Below, piece after piece: positions 18,401-25,670 of a DNA stretch of 64,000 nucleotides (the stretch's first letter is position 1; every line of letters begins with the position of its first letter). Under the pieces are notes generated by a model. It searched no databases and was not told the DNA's origin. It was given only the letters and a program-made list of their open reading frames with translations. Source of the DNA: Candidatus Rifleibacteriota bacterium (GTDB lineage: Bacteria; Muiribacteriota; UBA6191; JACPRK01; JACQZM01); assembly GCA_016213885.1 (NCBI GenBank), contig JACQZM010000163.1:57590-121589 (forward strand). The letters are read 5' to 3'. Both the position numbers and the translations under genes were made by a program.

Positions 18401-20361
18401 CCGAACCCACCCCGGACGTCGTCACCGGCGCCCGGATCGTGGAGCCCCGCAACCCGGTCGAGCAGAAGATCGCCGCGGCCTGGTGCAAGGTGCTGGGGCT
18501 CGAGCACGTCTCGGTCCTGGACAACTTCTTCGCCCTGGGCGGACACTCCCTGAGGGCCGTGTCGCTGGTCTCGGAGCTGCAGAAGGACTTCGAGGTCTCG
18601 GTGAACGACATCTTCTCCTACCAGACCGTGGCGGGCCTGGCCGAGCATGCCAAGGTCCGGGAGGACAATCTCAAGCTGCGGATCGGCGAGCTCAAAGAGC
18701 TCATCCCTGCGGCCCGAGCCACCCTGGACCGGGCCGAGCTGTCGGCCCGGCTGGCCGCCTACCGGGAGAGCAACCGGGCGCTGGCCGGGCTCGATCTGGA
18801 GCGTCGATCAGCCTACCGGAACGTGCTGCTCACCGGCACCACGGGCTACCTGGGCGCCCATCTCCTGTACGAGCTCATGACCACCCGGGACGTCGAGGTG
18901 TCCACGGTGGTGCGGGGGAGCTCCGACGCCCTGGCCGGGGCCCGGCTCGAGGAGGTGCTGGCCGGCTACTTCGGCCCCGGGTTCGTGGAGGCGCACCGGG
19001 GGCGGCTGCGGGTGCTGGCCGGCGACCTGGGGGCGGACCGCCTGGGGCTCTCCGAGAGGTGGTGGCAGGCGCTCGGAGCGGGGACCGACGCCATCATCCA
19101 CCCGGCCGCCACGGTGAAGCACTACGGGCCGTACGAGGAGTTCCACCACCACAACGTGAAGGCCGCGGCCAACCGGCTGGAGCTGGCCCGGACCGGTCGG
19201 CCCAAGGCGATGCACCACGTCTCGACGCTGTCGGTGATCCAGGGCCACGCCCCGGGCGTCCGGCACCTCTACCTCGGAGAGGACGATCTGGACCTGGGGC
19301 AGCGTTCGGACAACTACTACGTCAAGACCAAGGTCGAGGCGGAGCGCCTGGTCCTGGCCGCCCGGGCCGAGGGGCTGGACGCCCGCATCTACCGGGTCGG
19401 CAACATCTCCATCAACTCCAGGACCGGTGCCCTGCAGCGGAACATCGAGGAGAACGCCTTCTTCCACCAGGTGCAGGCGTTCGTCAACCTGGGGGTGGTG
19501 CCCCAGGTCGAGGACGAGGCGGAGCTCTCGTTCGTGGACCAGCTCGCCCGGGCCATGGTGTTGCTGCACGACCGCGAGGCGCTGAGGGGCCAGACGTTCA
19601 ACCTGTGGAACCCCCACCGGATCAAGCTCTCGGAGGTGCTCACCGCGCCGGGGCTCGACCTCGCCGTCCGGGCTGTGCCGCTGGATCAGCTCGTCGACCT
19701 GCTCCTGACGCGTTATGACGCCCGCGGCTTCAAGCCGCACGTCGAGGCGATCATGCTGCACCGGGGCTGGATGGATCTTCTCGCTGCCGGGCACGGCCAA
19801 AACGGTGGATCCACGCCGTTCACGATCTTCTCGGAGCGGACCGACCGGATCCTGGACCGGCTCGGTTTCGCCTGGTCCCGGGTCGATCCGCCGCTGCTTT
19901 CGGCCATGGTGGCCGCGGCGCTCTCGGCCCGGGTGGCGTCGTTCCGGTCGAGCCGGATGCTCGCCGGTTGCGACGACGAGACCGTGCTGGCCGTGGCGCG
20001 TCGCGCCCGGATGGGGCTGGCTCCGGCCGGCAGCGCCATCGTCTGGGAGGGGGCGCCGGTGGACGCCGTCCACGTCATCGCTGACGGCCACGTGGAACTG
20101 TTCTGCCGCTCGTCGGCCGGCTGGTTCGGCACGGTCGCCGTGCTGGGGGCCGGGGAGATCCTGGGCGAGGAGAGCCTGGTGGGTCACGGCGAGGCGGCTC
20201 TGTCTGCCGAGGCTCTGTTCGACGACGTGCTCCTCTACTCGATACCTGCTCAGGAGATGGCGCGGCTCCTGGACCGCACGCCGGCCCTGGGCCGGGCCGT
20301 GCTCGCCGCGGTGGTGAGGCGGCTGCACAGCACGGCGCGGCTGGTCGTGGAGATCTCGTGA
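11173..20361 (+). CDS. Non-ribosomal peptide synthetase, two modules: C(starter)-A-T-C-C-A-T-R(thioester reductase)-cNMP-binding domain
   Basis: Strong RBS AAGGAGG at 11158-11164. HHxxxDG motifs at aa 135, 1189 and 1627 (three C-type domains). Two adenylation cores ([50 protein letters not shown] twice). Two PCP motifs ([22 protein letters not shown]). SDR-type reductase ([20 protein letters not shown]). C-terminal Crp/cNMP-binding-like fold. Confidence 0.95.
   Translation: [3062 protein letters not shown]
12535..13960 (+). other. NRPS domain A1 (adenylation), substrate undetermined
   Basis: [28 protein letters not shown], FDAS..., YGPTE, [11 protein letters not shown]. Confidence 0.8.
14005..14217 (+). 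other. NRPS domain T1 (PCP)
   Basis: [16 protein letters not shown] phosphopantetheine-attachment motif. Confidence 0.8.
14350..15640 (+). other. NRPS domain C2 (first of two tandem condensation-type domains)
   Basis: LSHAQRRE (C1 motif), [21 protein letters not shown] (C5-like). Confidence 0.65.
15676..16960 (+). other. NRPS domain C3 (second tandem condensation domain)
   Basis: [36 protein letters not shown]. Confidence 0.7.
16990..18420 (+). other. NRPS domain A2 (adenylation), Thr-like specificity residues
   Basis: FDFSVWE (D235/F236/W239), [27 protein letters not shown]. Hand-extracted code approx D-F-W-S-T-G-M-V-H against Thr D-F-W-N-I-G-M-V-H. Confidence 0.7.
18440..18660 (+). other. 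NRPS domain T2 (PCP)
   Basis: [17 protein letters not shown]. Confidence 0.8.
18820..19900 (+). other. NRPS terminal thioester reductase (R) domain
   Basis: Rossmann motif [14 protein letters not shown], catalytic YYVKTK and the SDR fold. Confidence 0.8.
19950..20358 (+). other. C-terminal cyclic-nucleotide-binding (Crp-like) domain fused to the NRPS
   Basis: [79 protein letters not shown] follows the cNMP-binding beta-roll pattern. The canonical phosphate-binding Arg (RxA) is replaced (LSAEA). Confidence 0.55.
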
Positions 20362-20388
20362 TCCCTTGAGGATCGCTGATGAAACAAG

Positions 20389-23300
20389 ATGGTAGAATGG
20401 GGGTACCGATTCCGGCCGATTTCTCCGGAGAGCGCCTCTCGAGGCCTCATCAGTGGGGTGAATCGCGGTATGGACTCAACGCTCGGCCCGACGAAGCCCG
20501 ATGGCCTGCCCGATCGGACACCGCGGGCGCCGGTGCAGCGCTCGGGCGGTCCGAGAGTGGGCCTCAGGGGGCTCTTGATCCTGGTGAATCTCATCGGGAT
20601 CGGTGGCGGGCTCATCTTCTGGTGGATGCCGGACCAGCGACTGAAGGCCCAGACGCGGACCTGCTACTCCTACCAGAAGATCCTGTCCGGCGGCCTCCGG
20701 ATGTGGTGCGACGACCGTGGCTACCCACCGGAGACCAGAAAGAAGCTCGTCTTGAACGCCGACCTCCTGGCCGCCATGGGGATCGACGGGGCCTACGTCA
20801 GCTGGCAGATCCAGGATCCCGGGGGGGGAGCCGGCAGCTGGAAGTACTACCGGATCGTCCCGGAGACGCTGACGGTGGAGTGCCTGCACCACGGGCCAGT
20901 CGATGGCCCGGGACCGGTCTCGGCCACCAGGGCGCTGGTGCCGACGCCTCTCCGCTCCCCCGTTCCTTTGGCCCCATCGAAGACCTACCGCCGAGACACG
21001 GCCGAGGACCGCGCCGGGGAGCTGCAGCGGCAGGCCGAGGAGCTCGACCGGCGTCTGGCCTTTGGCCTCCTCGACGGCCCGAGCCGCAGGCGACAGCCCT
21101 CACCGGAATCGCCTGCCGACCGGGGCCCGAAGAGGGTCGTCCTGACCGCCGGTCCGGACGTGCCCGACGAGGTCCTCTCGCTGGCCCGGACGCTGCAGGA
21201 GAAGACCGGACCGGTGGCCGATCAGGCGCGGCTGCGGCTGATCCAGACCGGGGCGCCCGCCGTCCCCGCGTTGATCCAGCTGCTCGAGGACGCCAGCGCC
21301 GGCACCCAGGCCCAGGGGGCGCTCGCGCGGATCGGTGCGCCGGCTGTGCCGGCACTGGCTGCGGCGCTTGGTCACCGCGACCCGCTGGTGCGGAGCCGCG
21401 CGGCGTCGGCGCTCGAGCAGATGGGGCCAGCGGCGCAGGGCGCGGTCGCTGACCTCGGAAGAGCGCTGGGCGACGAGGTCGCAGGGATCAGGCGCACCGC
21501 CGTCGCCGCTCTGGGGGCGATCGGGCCGACGGCGGTACGGGCGCTCATCGATGCTCTGGCGCACGACGATCGGGAGGTCAGGGTCGGTGCTCTGCAGGGG
21601 CTTGCGAAGATCGGCCCGGCCGCGGCCCCGGCCGTCCCGGACCTGGTCGCGGCGCTCGCCGACAGAGAGGCGGGCGTGAGGGAGAGTCTGGCCCGGTCGC
21701 TGGGCGCGATCGGCCCGGACGCCGCGGCCGCGGTGCCGCACCTCGTCCGGCTCTTCACCGACTCCGACCGGAGCGTGAGAGTGGAGGCGGTGGCGGCGAT
21801 GGCCAGGCTCGGGCCTGCCGCCGTCGCGACCGTCCCCGACCTGGTACGGATCCTGAAGGATCCGGACTGGACCGTACGGAAGGTGGCCTGCGCCGTGCTC
21901 GCGAGCATGGGGACTGCGGCGAGCGTCTCGTCGCCTGCTCTCATGGAGCTCTGGAAGGACTCGAACGAGCAGGTCCGGACCGCGGCCCTGAGCGCCCTGG
22001 AGAGAGTCTCGCCCACGGCGGCGGCGCTCGAGCAGAACCTGATCGAGGCGCTGAAGCAGTCAGACGCGGCGATCCGGCGCGAGGCGTGCGAGGCGCTCGG
22101 GAGGCTCGGCCCGGCGGCCACCACGGCGACGCCTCATCTCGCCGCGGCCACGCGCGACCCGGCGCAGACGGTCCGGGCCGCGGCGCGGAAGGCGCTGGCG
22201 GCCGTCGGGGCAGGCTCTTCGAGCCTCTTCGCGTCGCTTCTCGAGTCGCTGAAGAGCGACCTGGTCTCGCACAAGAAGGAGGCCTGCCAGGGCCTGGCCG
22301 CCATGGGGCCGTCGGCTCGTGCGGCGATCCCGCCGCTCTCGGCGCTTCTGGCGCACCCGGACCCTTCGGTCAAGGGAGAAGCGATGAAAGCGCTGGCCAG
22401 CATCGCACCGACGCGGGAGACGGTCCAGGCTCTGATCCAGGGGCTGAACGACAAGAACGGCAAGATCAACCTCGCGGCCGCCACGGCGCTGGCCAGCCTG
22501 GGACCGGCCGCGGCCGGTGCCCTGCCCGATCTGGAACGTGCCACTCGCCACTGGAACGCCGCGGTGCGGGTCGAGGCGGTGAAGGCGCTGGTCGCCTCGG
22601 GGTCGCCGGAGGAGATCGTCCCCGTCATGGTCCGGGCGACGAGAGACGGCTTCCCGGAGGCGCGCCACCTCGCCTGCCAGGCGCTGGGGACCCTGGGCCC
22701 CAGGGCCAGCGTGGCGATTCCGGACCTGGCTGCAGTGCTCAGCGACAGGAACGACAAGGCCGCTCGCACGGCGGCCTGGGCGCTGGGCAGGATGGGGCCC
22801 GCCGCGATCCCGGAGCTGGTGCGGGTGCTCATGGATACGTCTCCGCGGCCCCGAGCCCACGCCAAGGTCGCGCTGGAGGCCATCGGGCCCGAAGGCCTGA
22901 TGGCGATCGAGAAGTACGGCTCCAGAGGCCGGTCCAGCGATCGCTCGGAGCTTTCGGAACGCGACATCGGCGCCGACGAGGGCGATCCGGTCGCTGTCGA
23001 GGCGACCCAGGCCGAGACCGCCTCCGGCCTCGACGTCTCCGGGCTCGTCGATCAGCTCCGGAGTCCGGATCACCGGGTGCGGGAGCGGGCCACGGCAGCC
23101 CTTTCGCGGGTCGGTTCACCAGCGGTGGCCACGCTTGGCGTCTCGCTGGCCGACGTGAACGCCACTGTGCGACAGGGAGCCGCGAAGGCGCTCGGGGAGA
23201 TCGGGCCGCCGGCAGCCGAGGCGGTCCCGGCGCTCGTGGCGGCGTGCAAGGATCGAACGGCCAGTGCCTCCGCCCAGAGGGCGCTCGAGAGGATCGGCCC

Positions 23301-23793
23301 CGCGCCGGCCAGCGCCATCGGAGCGCTCTCGGAGCTCATCACCGACCGGGACCCGACCGTGAGAGAGGCCGCTGCCCGGGCGCTGGCCATGATCGGCGCC
23401 GTCGCGGTCCCGGCGCTCGTGAGCTCCATGGGAAGCCGGTCCGGCGAGGCGAGGACGGCGGCCCTCGACGCCCTGGCCCGGATGGGTCCGGCGGCGCGCG
23501 CGGCGCTGCCGACCCTGCGCAAGGCGATGCACGACGGCGATGGATCGGTCAGGATGCAGGCCGCGGTGGCCGTGGGCCGGATGGGTGAAGCCGCCGTGCC
23601 GGTGCTGATCGAGGAGCTTGGCGCCCCGGAACAGTCCGTCAGGCAGCTGTCGGCATGGGCGCTGGGCGAGATCGGGCCCGAGGCCGGTCACGCCATCCCG
23701 GCGCTGCAGCAGGCTTCGAAAGACCCTGAGCCGTCGGTGCGCAAGGCTGCGGCGAAGGCTCTCGACAAGATCGGATGGGTGCGGGGCCGCTGA
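20389..23793 (+). CDS. Membrane-anchored HEAT-repeat (PBS-lyase-type) protein, about 1100 aa, 28 bp downstream of the NRPS
   Basis: N-terminal TM (LLILVNLIGIGGGLIFWW), then more than 20 HEAT-like repeats (ALGAIGPTAVRALIDALAHDDREVRVGALQGLAKIGPAAAPAVPDLVAAL...). Confidence 0.75.
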   Translation: MVEWGYRFRPISPESASRGLISGVNRGMDSTLGPTKPDGLPDRTPRAPVQRSGGPRVGLRGLLILVNLIGIGGGLIFWWMPDQRLKAQTRTCYSYQKILSGGLRMWCDDRGYPPETRKKLVLNADLLAAMGIDGAYVSWQIQDPGGGAGSWKYYRIVPETLTVECLHHGPVDGPGPVSATRALVPTPLRSPVPLAPSKTYRRDTAEDRAGELQRQAEELDRRLAFGLLDGPSRRRQPSPESPADRGPKRVVLTAGPDVPDEVLSLARTLQEKTGPVADQARLRLIQTGAPAVPALIQLLEDASAGTQAQGALARIGAPAVPALAAALGHRDPLVRSRAASALEQMGPAAQGAVADLGRALGDEVAGIRRTAVAALGAIGPTAVRALIDALAHDDREVRVGALQGLAKIGPAAAPAVPDLVAALADREAGVRESLARSLGAIGPDAAAAVPHLVRLFTDSDRSVRVEAVAAMARLGPAAVATVPDLVRILKDPDWTVRKVACAVLASMGTAASVSSPALMELWKDSNEQVRTAALSALERVSPTAAALEQNLIEALKQSDAAIRREACEALGRLGPAATTATPHLAAATRDPAQTVRAAARKALAAVGAGSSSLFASLLESLKSDLVSHKKEACQGLAAMGPSARAAIPPLSALLAHPDPSVKGEAMKALASIAPTRETVQALIQGLNDKNGKINLAAATALASLGPAAAGALPDLERATRHWNAAVRVEAVKALVASGSPEEIVPVMVRATRDGFPEARHLACQALGTLGPRASVAIPDLAAVLSDRNDKAARTAAWALGRMGPAAIPELVRVLMDTSPRPRAHAKVALEAIGPEGLMAIEKYGSRGRSSDRSELSERDIGADEGDPVAVEATQAETASGLDVSGLVDQLRSPDHRVRERATAALSRVGSPAVATLGVSLADVNATVRQGAAKALGEIGPPAAEAVPALVAACKDRTASASAQRALERIGPAPASAIGALSELITDRDPTVREAAARALAMIGAVAVPALVSSMGSRSGEARTAALDALARMGPAARAALPTLRKAMHDGDGSVRMQAAVAVGRMGEAAVPVLIEELGAPEQSVRQLSAWALGEIGPEAGHAIPALQQASKDPEPSVRKAAAKALDKIGWVRGR

Positions 23794-23802
23794 CCATCGG
23801 CT

Positions 23803-23871
23803 TCCGGATCCACCACGAACGTTCGAAAGAAGTCCCGGCGGCGCGGCCACGGGAGACCCGCCGGAAGCCCT
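23803..23871. terminator. Long inverted repeat (GGCTTCCGG ... CCGGAAGCC with inner CCGGCGG/CCGCCGG) between convergent genes; possible bidirectional terminator
   Basis: Perfect 9-bp arms at 23803-23811 and 23863-23871 with nested inner arms, lying between the HEAT gene stop (23793) and the ATPase gene stop (23883). No U-tract. Confidence 0.25.
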
Positions 23872-23882
23872 CCGACCCGGCT

Positions 23883-25439
23883 CTACGCCTGGACCACCAC
23901 CACGCTGACCCCGTCCGCGGTCCTGGCCTCCATCCGCCCGCGCTCGTCCCACGGGAGCTCGCTGTCGCGATCGAAGATCACCAGGTATCCCACGTCACGG
24001 CCGATCCGCTTCGCGTACCGGGCCACCTGGACGAGCCCCTCGTCCAGGGTGTACCGGCCCCTGCGGAGCTTCAGCTCGATGACGTCCTCACGGCCGCCGT
24101 ACGTCACCCACAGGTCCGCCGCGCCGGTGCCGACGGCGAACTCCCGCTCGATCCGCCCGCCGGAGTTCACGATCCGTTGCAGATAGGCCATCAGGACCAG
24201 GTGGGGCGCCGCCTCGTGGTACGGCATCCCCTTGAGCAGCACCTCGCCGTGTCGTCGCCAGAACTCGAGGAATCCCTCCAGCAGCTTGCCCATGTCCAGC
24301 GTGCCCTCGGCGGTGACGAACCAGAGCGGATCATCGGGAATCGAAGTCTGGATCTGGTGCGTGAGAATTCGCGGGATGATCTCCTGGTAGATCGGGTTCG
24401 CGATCCGACGGGCCCCGCGGGTCACAGTGACCAGACCCAGGTCGCGGACGTACGAGAGATCGTCGTCGTATGTCGGATCGACCCGGATCTCCCCGGTCAT
24501 GATCGGCTCTATCACCCGACGGACCCGATCTTCCTGGAGCCGGGCCACCAGGCTGTCCAGGTGGGTGTCTCGCCGTTCGATCAGGATCTCCCGGGCCTCA
24601 AGGACCCTCTCTCTCGTCACCGGCGTGGACCGGTCCTTCACCAAGGCGTCGTGGCGAGTGACGAGCTGCGCGGCCAGAGCGTTGACGAGCCACGGCTGTC
24701 CCTGGGTCTGGCGGAACAGCTCCTCGCAGGCCTCCGGTTCGAAACGCTGGCCGGTCTCCTCCGTGTGTTGACCCAGGAGGATTCGTGTCTCCGTCTCGTC
24801 GAAGTTTGCGAGCGTCAGCGATTCCACCTTGATGTTGAACGGACTCGAGGTGCCCAGGCTGGTGGTCTCGTCCCGGACCCGCACCCGGTAGTCCCTTACG
24901 TCCCTGAGTCCCACCAGGGCAACGCTGGTCGGGAACGGGGCCGGCCGGGCGGTGTAGCCGCTTCTGAGCTGTCTCAGCACCGAGAGCAGGACGTCCGGGC
25001 AGAGCGCGTCGATCTCGTCCAAGAAGATCACCAGCGGCCGGTCGATCGCGGCGCTGAAGGCACCCAGGTAGGCTTTGAGGCCGATGTGAGGACTGTCCAG
25101 GAACAACCTGGGCTCCGGAGCCGTGAGTTCTGGTGGAAGCTGACTCCTCGACACCCCGGCGATCTCCTCGATGATCTGGGGCATCGTGGCCGGCACGTCG
25201 TCGGAGGTGAAGCTCTCCAGGGAAATCGTAAGCGCCGCGTGCCGCCCAGCGGCGGTGAGCGAAGCAGAGAGGCTCTTCAGCAGCGTGGTCTTGCCGGTCT
25301 GACGGGGAGCGTGGAGCACGAAGAAGTACTCGCCGTCGATGAGGTCGTGGACCACGGGGAGTCGCCGTTCCGGCGGGAGCATGTAGTGCTTGTCGGGCAG
25401 GCAGGGACCGGCCGTGTTGAAGACCCGGGGCATGGCCAC
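23883..25439 (-). CDS. AAA-ATPase-like protein with C-terminal PD-(D/E)XK nuclease-like domain (AAA-ATPase_like/PDDEXK_9 family)
   Basis: Walker A (HAPRQTGKTT), Walker B (VIFLDEID) and a C-terminal DLWVTYGGREDVIELKLRRG...IFDRD restriction-endonuclease-like fold. Confidence 0.8.
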   Translation of the reverse strand: MAMPRVFNTAGPCLPDKHYMLPPERRLPVVHDLIDGEYFFVLHAPRQTGKTTLLKSLSASLTAAGRHAALTISLESFTSDDVPATMPQIIEEIAGVSRSQLPPELTAPEPRLFLDSPHIGLKAYLGAFSAAIDRPLVIFLDEIDALCPDVLLSVLRQLRSGYTARPAPFPTSVALVGLRDVRDYRVRVRDETTSLGTSSPFNIKVESLTLANFDETETRILLGQHTEETGQRFEPEACEELFRQTQGQPWLVNALAAQLVTRHDALVKDRSTPVTRERVLEAREILIERRDTHLDSLVARLQEDRVRRVIEPIMTGEIRVDPTYDDDLSYVRDLGLVTVTRGARRIANPIYQEIIPRILTHQIQTSIPDDPLWFVTAEGTLDMGKLLEGFLEFWRRHGEVLLKGMPYHEAAPHLVLMAYLQRIVNSGGRIEREFAVGTGAADLWVTYGGREDVIELKLRRGRYTLDEGLVQVARYAKRIGRDVGYLVIFDRDSELPWDERGRMEARTADGVSVVVVQA

Positions 25440-25670
25440 CCTCCAGGGAGTTGCGCTGTCCGGTGGTATCCTAACGCGCTCCCGCAGTCCGCGCCACAGC
25501 CCGGTCGTCGCCAGGACTGCCGGGTGGCAGCAGCCGAGGAACGAGGCCGGGCCGGGTCATCTCCGGCCTTCCCAGGGATGCTGGAGTCCTCCCCTGCAAG
25601 CCACCTCCCCCGTTCTCGGTTCCCGGAGATACCCCTTCTGCGACGCGCGGAGAAGAGCTAGAATGACGCC

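Noticed and set aside
13033-18648. 1871-aa minus-strand ORF
   Set aside because: Entirely antisense to the NRPS, whose frame carries unambiguous core motifs. The antisense frame is low-complexity with no motifs.
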